Shown here piece by piece: positions 8,512-17,467 of a DNA stretch of 64,000 nt. The notes under the pieces were generated by a model that searched no databases, was not told the DNA's origin, and saw nothing but the letters and a program-made list of their open reading frames with translations. Position 1 is the stretch's first letter; every line of letters begins with the position of its first letter. The stretch spans positions 132,152 through 196,151 of the forward strand of contig JBFWRP010000007.1 in NCBI GenBank assembly GCA_050248855.1, written 5' to 3'. The translations under genes and the position numbers were made by a program. This DNA comes from Planctomycetota bacterium. GTDB lineage: Bacteria > Planctomycetota > PLA2 > JAEUHO01.

Positions 8512-11163
8512 GTGCCCGGACTCGCGCTCACGTTGGTGCTGCTGGCTTCGGGCGCAGCCGCGCTGCTGCACGAGAGCGCCTGGTTCCGCCTGCTGACGCC
8601 GCTCTTGGGGGCAGGTGCCCTGCCCGCGGCCACCGTCGCGGCCGGCGCCCTGCTGGGGATGGCGGCCGGTGCCCGCTGGGGCGGACGCCTCGCAGACCGG
8701 ACGGGGCGACCGCTCGCCGTGCTCGTGGCCGCCGAAGTGCTCGCCGCGGGCCTCGGCGTCCTCGTCCCGCCGGCGCTCGATCGCCTCGGCGCTTCGTCCG
8801 AGGGTCCCGCGGCGTGGGCGCTGGCCACGATCCTGCTCGCGGTCGTCGCGCTTCCGTGGGGTGCCAGCGTGCCGGCGGCGCTTCGCGCGCTGCGCCCCGA
8901 GCCCGCGGCCGCGGGTCGAGCGTTCAAGCGGCTCTACGCCTGGAACACGCTCGGCGCGGTGGCCGGCATCGTCGTGGGCGCGGCCTTCGCCTTCGAGGCG
9001 CTCGGCAACCGGGGCAGCGTGCGCGTGGCGTCGGGCCTGCAGCTGGTGGCCGCCGTGTTGGCCCTCACGCTCGTCAAGCGGTCGCGCAGCACGACGCAGA
9101 CGGTCTCCCTGCCCGTCACGGAGCACGGGCCGCGGCCCGGGGGCTCGGGCGTGCTCTTGATCGCGTCCACCCTCGCCGGTGCCGTGGGCGTGGTCGTGCA
9201 AGTGGCGTGGATGCGCCGCCTCACGCCGCACCTGGGGGCCACGTATCCCGTGTTCGCCGCGGTGCTGGGCGTGCACCTTGTCGGCATCGCGCTCGGCACG
9301 TGGCTGTTCGGGCCGCGCACGGCCCGGGCGCCGCGTGCGGCGATCTTCGGCCTCACGTGGCTGGCCGGCGCGATCGTGGCCACCACCCCGTGGCTCTTGC
9401 CGCACGTGCTGGATGCCGTGGAGGACGCGTGGTGGGACAGCTCCGGCAGCCCCCTGACGCTGTTCCTGTGGCGCAGCGCGATCGCCACCGTGCTCGTGCT
9501 GCCGGCCGTGGCACCGGCGTCAGCCCTCTTGGCGTGGTGGGTCCGCCTGCGCGAGCCACCGACGCGCAACGCGGGCAGTGAGAGCGGCGGCCTCTTGGCC
9601 GCCAACGCCGTGGGCGGTGCGGCCGGAGGGTTCCTCGCGGCGCTCGTGTTGATCCCCGCGGTCGGTACGGCGGGCGCACTCGTCGTGGCGGCGGGCGCGA
9701 TCCTGGTAGCGGGCGCGCTGTCCCTGCGTGGCGCGGCGCGCGGGGCCACGGCCGTGGCGGGCCTCGCCGTGATCGGCGCGGCCTTCGTCCGGCTCCCGTC
9801 CGACCAGGCCGCCGTCGACCGCGTGGGCCAGCTCTACAGCGCGTCCTCCTGGCGACCGGATGACGTCCGCACCCGCCACGCGCGCGAGGGCGTCGTCGCC
9901 AGCACGCTGGTGCGCGATGCCGAAGGGCGCATCGAGTTCTGGGTCGAGGGCAGCTACGAAGCCTCGACGGCGCCCACCGACCTCCTGCACCTGGGGCTGC
10001 TCGGCCACTTGCCGTTGGTGCTGTTCGAGGCGCGCGCGGACCGCGCACCGCACGTGGCCCTCGTGGGCCTGGGCGCGGGCTACACGGCGCAGGCCTCCGA
10101 CCGCCACCACCCGGCAAGCCTCGTGGTGTACGAGCTCGAAGACGACGTCGTCGACGCCGCGACGTGGTTCCGCGACGTCGGGGGCGGCCTGCCGGCCTCC
10201 GCCGAGCTCATCGTGGCCGATGGCCGCCGTGCGGTGTTGCAGGGCGACCGGCCCCTCGACGTGCTGTCGTCCGATCCGGTGCACCCGGCGCTTGCGGGCA
10301 GCGCTTGGCTCTACTCCGCGGACTGGTGGCGCGGGGCCATGGAGCGCCTGCCCGAAGACGGCCTCCTCGTGCAGTGGATGCCGCTCTACCACCTCGTGCG
10401 CGAGGACCTCGCGCTCGCGTTTCGCACGTTCGCGGCGTCGGTGCCCCATCCGTACCTGTTCCTGATCGGCAGCGAGGCGCTCTTGGTCGGCGCCAACACA
10501 CCGCTCGTGCTGTCGCTGGAGCGCGTGCGCGAGGCCCTGGCCCGCGACAGTGCCGCCCCGTTGGCCGAGCAGGGCTTCCGCAGCGCAGGCCGCCTGCTGT
10601 CCATGCTCGTCCTCGACGGCGAGGGGATGCGCAACCTCGTGGGCCCGGGCGAGATCAACACCGACGATCGCCTGCTGCTCGAGCTGCGCAGCGGTTGGCG
10701 CGAGGCCAACGACCCCGCTGCCACCTTCGCCTGGCTGCATCAACACCAGGCGACGCCCGCCAGCCTGCTGGACGCTCCGCCGGACGCGATGTTCGAGCGG
10801 GAAGTCGAGGCCGGTCGCGAGCTTCACCACGCCCTCGAAGCTTGGCAAGCCGGCGGCCTTGCCGACGCCCGCGAGCGCTTCCGCGACATCGCGCTCCTCG
10901 ACCCCGCCAACGTGCTGGCCCGGCGCCTGCGCGACGACGCCACCGCGCTGCTCGCGTTCGACCTCCTGCACGACGCGCCCGAGGAAGCCGAAGCCCTCGC
11001 CCGGGAGCTCCTCGCCCGCGACACCGCCGACGCCCTGGTCCGCCTCGACGCTGCCGAAGTCCTCCTCGCGCTCGGCCACACCGACGAGGCGCGCGCCGTC
11101 GCGGCCGCCATCGCGGCGAAGCACGACTACCCCCGCGCCCGTCGCCTGGCGGCCACACGCTGA
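8512..11163 (+). CDS. Fused MFS-like membrane domain / spermidine synthase-like domain protein
   Basis: About 13 TM helices with LYAWNTLGA, then LVGLGAGYT, DGR, QWMP, INTDDR; TPR-like C-terminus. Confidence 0.88.
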   Translation: MPGLALTLVLLASGAAALLHESAWFRLLTPLLGAGALPAATVAAGALLGMAAGARWGGRLADRTGRPLAVLVAAEVLAAGLGVLVPPALDRLGASSEGPAAWALATILLAVVALPWGASVPAALRALRPEPAAAGRAFKRLYAWNTLGAVAGIVVGAAFAFEALGNRGSVRVASGLQLVAAVLALTLVKRSRSTTQTVSLPVTEHGPRPGGSGVLLIASTLAGAVGVVVQVAWMRRLTPHLGATYPVFAAVLGVHLVGIALGTWLFGPRTARAPRAAIFGLTWLAGAIVATTPWLLPHVLDAVEDAWWDSSGSPLTLFLWRSAIATVLVLPAVAPASALLAWWVRLREPPTRNAGSESGGLLAANAVGGAAGGFLAALVLIPAVGTAGALVVAAGAILVAGALSLRGAARGATAVAGLAVIGAAFVRLPSDQAAVDRVGQLYSASSWRPDDVRTRHAREGVVASTLVRDAEGRIEFWVEGSYEASTAPTDLLHLGLLGHLPLVLFEARADRAPHVALVGLGAGYTAQASDRHHPASLVVYELEDDVVDAATWFRDVGGGLPASAELIVADGRRAVLQGDRPLDVLSSDPVHPALAGSAWLYSADWWRGAMERLPEDGLLVQWMPLYHLVREDLALAFRTFAASVPHPYLFLIGSEALLVGANTPLVLSLERVREALARDSAAPLAEQGFRSAGRLLSMLVLDGEGMRNLVGPGEINTDDRLLLELRSGWREANDPAATFAWLHQHQATPASLLDAPPDAMFEREVEAGRELHHALEAWQAGGLADARERFRDIALLDPANVLARRLRDDATALLAFDLLHDAPEEAEALARELLARDTADALVRLDAAEVLLALGHTDEARAVAAAIAAKHDYPRARRLAATR

Positions 11164-11179
11164 CGCCGACTCCCGCTCT

Positions 11180-12667
11180 TTACCGCGGCTCGACCGAGTG
11201 GAGGGTGAGGGGAACGGGCGAAATCGGTCCGAGCATGCCCCGCACGATTTGGCGGGCCTGGGCTTCGAGCTCTTCTCGCGTCCCCGGGCCGAGCGTGATC
11301 TGCACCGAGTCCGTCAGGCGCCCGTTGATGCGCGGTGCCATCGTCCACCGCCCATTGACGAGGACTGCGGCGGGCAGACCCAGGTTGCGTTCGGACCACG
11401 CCGCGAGCCGCTCGGCCCCCGAGGGCGTCAGGTCGTACAAGACCACGGGATGGTTGTTGTTGGGATCGATGCCAACGCGTACGTCGCGGACCCACGAGGA
11501 CTCGAACGTAATGGGGCTGCTCTCGGCTTCCAGAAGGTGTGCGTTGTCGACGCTCCAGTCGTCCGTCCTCGGCCCGAAGACGAGCTCGTAGCGCGGGTCG
11601 GTCGGTACGTACGGGACGCCTGCGTTGCGTGCCTCGACGAACCGGGACACCTCGTGGGCCCGGTAGGCTGCCAAGCCATCCGCGGTCGCCGGAAACGAAT
11701 CGCCCGCCCCCTGCCAGGGGGCGGCTTCGACCCGATCACGTAGGAACTGCTGGGCGTGCTCTGGAGCCTTGCCGTCGTCGCCTGCCTGCTGGGCCGGCAC
11801 CAGCACCACCTCGATCCGCATCTGCGTTGGCTTGCCCACGCTGCCTTCGCGGGAGAGGGCACCCTGGAGGTGTTCCGCTTGGCTCCTCGACGACACCAGG
11901 AGCTCGAGCACGCCAGGGCCGATGACGCGAGCCTTGACGCCCTGGAGCCCATGTGGACCCGAGCGGGCCAGGTAGTCGCGCACGGCCGCCGCGACCACCT
12001 CCGTGGCCACGTCAGGAGTGGCTCTCGGCCCGCCAAGCTGCAGCTTGGCTGCCGACGCGACATCGAAGCCCACCCGAATGCGGAAGCCCTGCTCCGCCGC
12101 TTCCTGCTCCTCGGATGCATCCAGGAAATCGACCGGGAGCAGCGCCAAGGGCACCCTCGCGCCGTGGGGCGTCGCGATGGCAGGAACGCTGACGCGGTGG
12201 AGAGAGGCGGCGCCCTGAATCACGAGAACCACGTGGTGCGTTCGAGCAACCGGCCAATCAACACCCACTACGCCAGATGCCGCCGTCACGAGCTCGAGTC
12301 GCGCGGCCTGCCAGTCAAGCCGCTTGGACGTCGCCAAGCGCTGCACGGACTCGCGCACCAGCTCCCGCACCTCACGGAGCCGCGCGTCGATCCCTCCTTC
12401 TCGTTCGATGACCCGCAGCTGGCCCTGTACGGCTTCCTCGCCCGCGAGCTCGCGCAATGCATCGAGCGCCTCGCCGACGAGCTCGGCCGTCGGCAGGTAC
12501 CGGTCCAGCTTGGACGGATCGCCGCTGCACAAGGCCGCGAACCAAGCGCGGCCGTACGCCTCGATGGAAGCCTGTTCGAGCTCGGTCCACGAGTCCGCCT
12601 GGGCGGCGGGCGCCGCGAGAGCGAAGGCCAGGACGAGGCCCGAGAGTCGTAGGGCCACGCCACGCAT
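11180..12667 (-). CDS. Exported protein with C-terminal SecD P1-head-like domain (paralogue 1)
   Basis: Signal peptide (AQA/D); C-terminal PVVLYDLTPSGAERLAAWSERNLGLPAAVLVNG..APRINGRL..VQIT; no TM bundle; GAGGAG RBS. Confidence 0.7.
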   Translation of the reverse strand: MRGVALRLSGLVLAFALAAPAAQADSWTELEQASIEAYGRAWFAALCSGDPSKLDRYLPTAELVGEALDALRELAGEEAVQGQLRVIEREGGIDARLREVRELVRESVQRLATSKRLDWQAARLELVTAASGVVGVDWPVARTHHVVLVIQGAASLHRVSVPAIATPHGARVPLALLPVDFLDASEEQEAAEQGFRIRVGFDVASAAKLQLGGPRATPDVATEVVAAAVRDYLARSGPHGLQGVKARVIGPGVLELLVSSRSQAEHLQGALSREGSVGKPTQMRIEVVLVPAQQAGDDGKAPEHAQQFLRDRVEAAPWQGAGDSFPATADGLAAYRAHEVSRFVEARNAGVPYVPTDPRYELVFGPRTDDWSVDNAHLLEAESSPITFESSWVRDVRVGIDPNNNHPVVLYDLTPSGAERLAAWSERNLGLPAAVLVNGRWTMAPRINGRLTDSVQITLGPGTREELEAQARQIVRGMLGPISPVPLTLHSVEPR

Positions 12668-12688
12668 CCGAATCTCCTCACCCGGGTC

Positions 12689-12755
12689 AGCATAGGTCTT
12701 GCGTCGGCGGCATGCCGCCGACCCGGATGGCGGGGGGCGGCGGCATACCGCCGCC
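12689..12755 (-). promoter_or_regulatory. TATGCT -10-like box plus twin 20-bp palindromes upstream of paralogue 1
   Basis: agcata at 12689-12694; gtcggcgg-catg-ccgccgac at 12703-12722; ggcggcgg-cata-ccgccgcc at 12736-12755; same layout at 17307-17374. Confidence 0.55.
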
Positions 12756-12826
12756 TTCATTCGTCATGCTGGAGATACGCAACCGAAGTGCCTGCGATAC
12801 ATGACGGACCCTGACATGCCGAACGC

Positions 12827-15745
12827 TCAGGGCAGCTGCACGTCGAGCGTGATCGTGGAGCGGCCGTCGGAATCGACCTCCGTCTCCAAGAGCGGGGGCT
12901 CGTCCCCTACGTACATGCGCTGGACGCGCACCCGGTAGCGGCCTGGGCCGAGGCCCGTGACGATTGACCTGGGGGGATCACCGTTGACTACGCTCGCGCT
13001 GGTTCGGCGATGCCCCCCCACGCCGCCACGTGTTGCCGACACGGCTAGCCACTCGGGGGTGGCCTGCGTGCCAGGACGCAGCCGTACGACCAAGGCGCCC
13101 CCGCGACCGAGCTGCACGCGCCCCAAGTCGACTCCGTCCCTCTCCACGCGCACGGAGGCCATCGTGACGGGCTCGTAGCCGAAGCGGTCGATCCGCACGG
13201 CCCAGGTGCCCGGCTCGGGAACGACGAACTCGATCTGGTCTCCGAGACGGACCACATCGACGTTCGCGTGCTCCGGCAGCTCGCCGACGGTCTTGGCCAA
13301 GGTTACCGAGTAGGGAGCACGAGGGTTGCCGCCTCCTCGGAGGAGCTCCGGCAACGGGACGTCATCACCCACCCTGAATCGAACGGAAGGCCGCTTCGCG
13401 ACGAGGTGGATCTCGACGCGGCCACTCCCGGCCACATGAGTCACCACGCCGTCTGCGGCGTCCAGCAAGGGATGCCGAACCGCGAGCGAAAGGCGATGAC
13501 CACGGCGCGCCCGCAGGGTGAAGGCACCGGACCGATCGACGGGCCTGGGGGACGACTTCGAGTCGCGCCCTTCCCGACGCCCGTCGGCTTCGACGGTGGC
13601 TCCCGCAACCTCGTACCCCGTCGGGACGCGGACCTGACCGGGCACAGCCACGACATCGGAGAGGTCGAACGTAGCGCGCACGTTCTCGGGGCCCCGTCCC
13701 ACCTCGAAGATCTCGCTTACCTCTCCGGAGCTGAAGTCGAGCATGCGGTAGGAACCCGCTGGCAATCCGCGGAAGCGATGGACACCGTCCTCGGCGTACC
13801 GCCCTTGCTCTGCACTCTGTGGATGCAGGAAGCCGGGCTTCGGCGAGCCGTCACGATCCACCGCGTTCAGCCTTGCCACGTAGACACCGTCAGCCGGCGG
13901 GATGACCACGACCTCGAGCTGAGGTGAGCGCTCGAGCTGGACGCGGCCGCGCCACGTACCGTCCGATCCGCGCACAGGCCGCACGCGAACCGGGGGGGCA
14001 TCCTTGTCGACGGCTTGTACGCAGATCGGAACCGATCGTCCGTCTTCGCTCTCGAACCAGCGAAAGCGATAGGTGCCGTCGCCCATGTGCTCGACGGCAT
14101 CGTGCCGCACGAAGCCGTACCAGCTCAGCGCGTCTTCGGGCTCCAGGGGGTAGCCCGCCGCAGAGAACGTCAACCGCTCGGACTGCACGTCCCCTCCGTC
14201 GATCGTGATCTCGTAGGGAGCCACGCGGGGCAGGACCACGTCGACGGGCTCGCCCGTCACACGGAGGTTGCGGATGATCTGCGCCGCTTGCCCGGCGCAG
14301 CGCCAGCCCAACCGAACGTCCGCGGCGTCGAACGCATCGAACCTTGCTTCGCCACGCTGGTCGGAGGTCGCGGTGGACTGGGTCTTCCCATCGACCCAGA
14401 GCGTGAAGGCCTGGTCTACCGCCGGTCGTCCGTCGGGCCAGAGGGCCCGGATCGTCAGTCGTGGAGCCTGAACGAATCGCGTCGGCTGGCCATCGGCTCG
14501 CACGCTCCAGGGCGCGTAGCAGCCATCACTGGCGGTGACCACGCCCTGGTCATCGCCTGGCCGCAACGGGCCCACGCACAGCACGCCTTCCTCGATCCAC
14601 GCGCGCGGCTCCGGCCCGAGCCAAGCCTCGTCGATCCGGCTCCTCGTGACCGAGAGGGCGGTGTCGGCAGCAGGTGCGTCGCCGTTCAGGGGGAAGCGCA
14701 GCGTGACGGAGGCGCGGAGGCGCACGACAACCTCGTCGGCATCTGGCGGGATGGGGACCTGAAGCCAGCCGATGCCACCGGAGTTCCGCTGCAGGGCCTC
14801 CGACCAGACGACCACGCTCGCCCGCGCACCCGAGATGCACTCGACGATCGCCTCGCCCTCCTCGTTCGTCAGCGAGCTTGGAACCGGAGGCAACATGCCG
14901 GGCCCCCGGGGCGGTGGCTGGAGCGGGGAGCCCACGAGGACCTCGGCGCCAGGAACAGGCTCGTCGCTCTCGTCGGCAAGGACGTGCACGCGCACGTGCC
15001 TCAGCGGCTTGAGCTCCACCTCGAGCTCCTGCGATGCGGGGACCCTGCCGATCGCGAAGCCGCGCTGCCCGTCCGGACCCCGAGCCAAGGCAAGGACATT
15101 GCCTTCGACGACACGTAGCCCACGCACGACGCCGTCGGCGGACGTGGTTCCTCGCGCCCAGTACTCCGTCCCCCCCATGGACACCAGGACTTCGGCGCCC
15201 TCCACGGCGCGTGCTTCCAGAACCACACGCACGTCCATGCCACCGGTCTTGCCCAACCTGACGTTCGGCAGCCGCCAGCGCGAGGGCATGAGGTGCCCTA
15301 GCGGCGCAAGCTGCTCGTGCTCTTGGTCACCTTGCCGGAATCGCAGCTTCGCGAGCACCGACGTGCGGGGCCGGGCTGCGGGCGGCATCTCGTAGCGACC
15401 CGCAGCGTCGGTCTTCGTCTCCACCGTCGGCCCCCCGTCCCAGGAGAGCGCGACATCGACTTCCGTCGGTTCCCACGGGTCGGCGCAAGTCACCCAGCCG
15501 AAGTAGACGACGTCGCCTGACGTGGCCACCGGTGCAGGGACACTCGCTGGATCGAAGGGATGCTCCCGCAGGCCTGGCTCGGATCGGTCGCCTCCACCGG
15601 TGAGCCCGGGGGAACCGGCGGCCGGAGGGCCATCGGGCCCGGGGGCAAGGGCGGGAGCTGGCGCGGACGTTTCGCATGTCCCCCACCACGCGATCGCCCC
15701 GCCAGCCATCAGCACCAAGAGCAGCCAGATCGAGCGGTTCCTCAT
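12827..15745 (-). CDS. Large exported protein with repeated carboxypeptidase-regulatory-like beta-sandwich domains
   Basis: N-terminal TM/signal; repeated TD..G..(F/Y), PV.GAEV and GLPAG.Y/GLGPGRY units. Confidence 0.72.
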   Translation of the reverse strand: MRNRSIWLLLVLMAGGAIAWWGTCETSAPAPALAPGPDGPPAAGSPGLTGGGDRSEPGLREHPFDPASVPAPVATSGDVVYFGWVTCADPWEPTEVDVALSWDGGPTVETKTDAAGRYEMPPAARPRTSVLAKLRFRQGDQEHEQLAPLGHLMPSRWRLPNVRLGKTGGMDVRVVLEARAVEGAEVLVSMGGTEYWARGTTSADGVVRGLRVVEGNVLALARGPDGQRGFAIGRVPASQELEVELKPLRHVRVHVLADESDEPVPGAEVLVGSPLQPPPRGPGMLPPVPSSLTNEEGEAIVECISGARASVVVWSEALQRNSGGIGWLQVPIPPDADEVVVRLRASVTLRFPLNGDAPAADTALSVTRSRIDEAWLGPEPRAWIEEGVLCVGPLRPGDDQGVVTASDGCYAPWSVRADGQPTRFVQAPRLTIRALWPDGRPAVDQAFTLWVDGKTQSTATSDQRGEARFDAFDAADVRLGWRCAGQAAQIIRNLRVTGEPVDVVLPRVAPYEITIDGGDVQSERLTFSAAGYPLEPEDALSWYGFVRHDAVEHMGDGTYRFRWFESEDGRSVPICVQAVDKDAPPVRVRPVRGSDGTWRGRVQLERSPQLEVVVIPPADGVYVARLNAVDRDGSPKPGFLHPQSAEQGRYAEDGVHRFRGLPAGSYRMLDFSSGEVSEIFEVGRGPENVRATFDLSDVVAVPGQVRVPTGYEVAGATVEADGRREGRDSKSSPRPVDRSGAFTLRARRGHRLSLAVRHPLLDAADGVVTHVAGSGRVEIHLVAKRPSVRFRVGDDVPLPELLRGGGNPRAPYSVTLAKTVGELPEHANVDVVRLGDQIEFVVPEPGTWAVRIDRFGYEPVTMASVRVERDGVDLGRVQLGRGGALVVRLRPGTQATPEWLAVSATRGGVGGHRRTSASVVNGDPPRSIVTGLGPGRYRVRVQRMYVGDEPPLLETEVDSDGRSTITLDVQLP

Positions 15746-15796
15746 GCGCGCCCCTCATCGCGAGCATCGAGGCGAGCGCCGGCCGCAGACGACATG

Positions 15797-17284
15797 TCAG
15801 TGCGTCTCGATCATCAGGAGTCGTGCCTTGCCGGGGAGCGGGGGCGCGACCGCGGCCATGGCAAGTCCCTCCGCGTGGACGCGTGGCATCGTCGTGTACG
15901 GGTGCAGAAGGGGCACCACGAAGCGGCGATCCAGCGGAGCCTCCAAACGCGTCGTCGCGATGCACCGTCGGCTCTGGGTAATGGCGGCATCCAGGCCAGC
16001 GTTTTGCCTGCTCCACCCCCCCAAGACAGCGGCGCCCACCTGACTGGGCGTGTACTCCACGGCCCAGGCGCTTGCCGGGACGTCCCAAACGACACGAACC
16101 TGCTGGATGAGGCGGTGATCGAGCACGATCGGATCTGTTTCGGCCTCAAGGAGACCGAGGCCGTGGGTGGAATCGAACAGCGTGTAGTCAACGACCGTTT
16201 CGAAGCCAGCCTCGAGCATGCGACGTTGGAACATGTCCCAATCCAAGCTGCGCCGCAGTTCGTTCGCGTGCGCCAAGAACTCGTCGTAGCCCTTCTGCGA
16301 TGCCGGAAAGTCGCGACCCGCACCCTGCCAAGGCGCCGTCGCACGACTCATGCGGGGACGCGGGGGCCCGTTCCACCTACCCGGTCCGTAGCGCGCACCG
16401 CGGTCGTAGGTCTCGAGCGGTCGAACGAGCAGGCGAAGCTGGGTGGGCTCGGGATCCGCCAGGACATGCGCCACCAAAGAGACCGGTTCTCGTGTTGTGC
16501 CGTGGATCATGACGCGCCCCGGCGTGTCGCGCAGCACGGTCAGGCCCTCCAGGCCGTGCGCACGAATGAACGAGCGCAGGCGCGCCAGAGCCTCCAGCGT
16601 GAACGACTCGCGCGTGGCCTGTGGCCCGCCGATACCGGCCGCCAGACCGGCCTCGACGTCCAGCTCGAAGTGCATGGTCACCGCGGGCCCCGCCTCGAGC
16701 GGAGGACCGAGGATCTCAGGACGTCCCGGCGGCATCATCACAAGCTGGGTTGGTGAAGCAGGCAGCCGTGCACCCTGCGGCGTGGCCGCCGCCACCACGG
16801 CCAGCTGCGATGGGACGCCCTGCCGCCGCACCGAGAGGACCACCACGACACGGCGACCGGGACCCGACGCTGGCTCGGTCTGCAGCGAGGCGGCGGAGAC
16901 GTCCGCGAGCTCGGTCAGCCCGTCTGGATCGTGCAAGAGCGCGGCAGCCGCTTCGATCTCGTGTTGCACGGCGCGTCGCAGCATCCCCTCATGCACCTGC
17001 CAGCCACCATCGCGATCGATCTTGCTCATCCAAACATCGGCGTCACGGCCGCGCCCGTTCGCCCGTTCGCGCGTCTGCCACGCGCGGGCCAGGGCTTCGT
17101 CGGGAAGGAACGGCCAGAGCGGCCGGGGATCGCGGGCTCGGATCGCTTGGAACCAGGCCTGCCCGTAGGCCTTCAGGGACGCCTCGTCGATCGCGGACGA
17201 CGGATTCGTGGATGCCGGTGCACCACACGACGCCGCGGCCATCGCAACCGCCACGATCGCGAGACGTGCCTTCAGGCCCCGCAT
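15797..17284 (-). CDS. Lipoprotein, paralogue 2 of the SecD-head-like family
   Basis: Lipobox AASC; shares DE.S..AYG.AWF.A...DP, APWQGAG..FPA and W...N.GL..A blocks with paralogues 1 and 3. Confidence 0.65.
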   Translation of the reverse strand: MRGLKARLAIVAVAMAAASCGAPASTNPSSAIDEASLKAYGQAWFQAIRARDPRPLWPFLPDEALARAWQTRERANGRGRDADVWMSKIDRDGGWQVHEGMLRRAVQHEIEAAAALLHDPDGLTELADVSAASLQTEPASGPGRRVVVVLSVRRQGVPSQLAVVAAATPQGARLPASPTQLVMMPPGRPEILGPPLEAGPAVTMHFELDVEAGLAAGIGGPQATRESFTLEALARLRSFIRAHGLEGLTVLRDTPGRVMIHGTTREPVSLVAHVLADPEPTQLRLLVRPLETYDRGARYGPGRWNGPPRPRMSRATAPWQGAGRDFPASQKGYDEFLAHANELRRSLDWDMFQRRMLEAGFETVVDYTLFDSTHGLGLLEAETDPIVLDHRLIQQVRVVWDVPASAWAVEYTPSQVGAAVLGGWSRQNAGLDAAITQSRRCIATTRLEAPLDRRFVVPLLHPYTTMPRVHAEGLAMAAVAPPLPGKARLLMIETH

Positions 17285-17306
17285 CCAAGCCTCCTCGTAG
17301 GTCGCC

Positions 17307-17374
17307 AGCATAGGGCTATCGGCGGCGGGGTTCCGCCGCCTGGGCGGGTGGCGGGGCGGCGGAACCCCGCCGCC
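17307..17374 (-). promoter_or_regulatory. TATGCT -10-like box plus twin 20-bp palindromes upstream of paralogue 2
   Basis: agcata at 17307-17312; ggcggcgg-ggtt-ccgccgcc at 17321-17340; ggcggcgg-aacc-ccgccgcc at 17355-17374 (the two units are also perfect inverted repeats of each other). Confidence 0.55.
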
Positions 17375-17467
17375 CAGGCGTTACGCCAGGGATACGGAAA
17401 CTGTCCGGACGTTCGGACAACTTTGGTCCCGGGTGGCCTGGAAATCAGGGCTCTCCGGGCGATGACG

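Noticed and set aside
8512..11163. Membrane domain-spermidine synthase fusion as a novelty
   Set aside because: A widespread, already recognised architecture.
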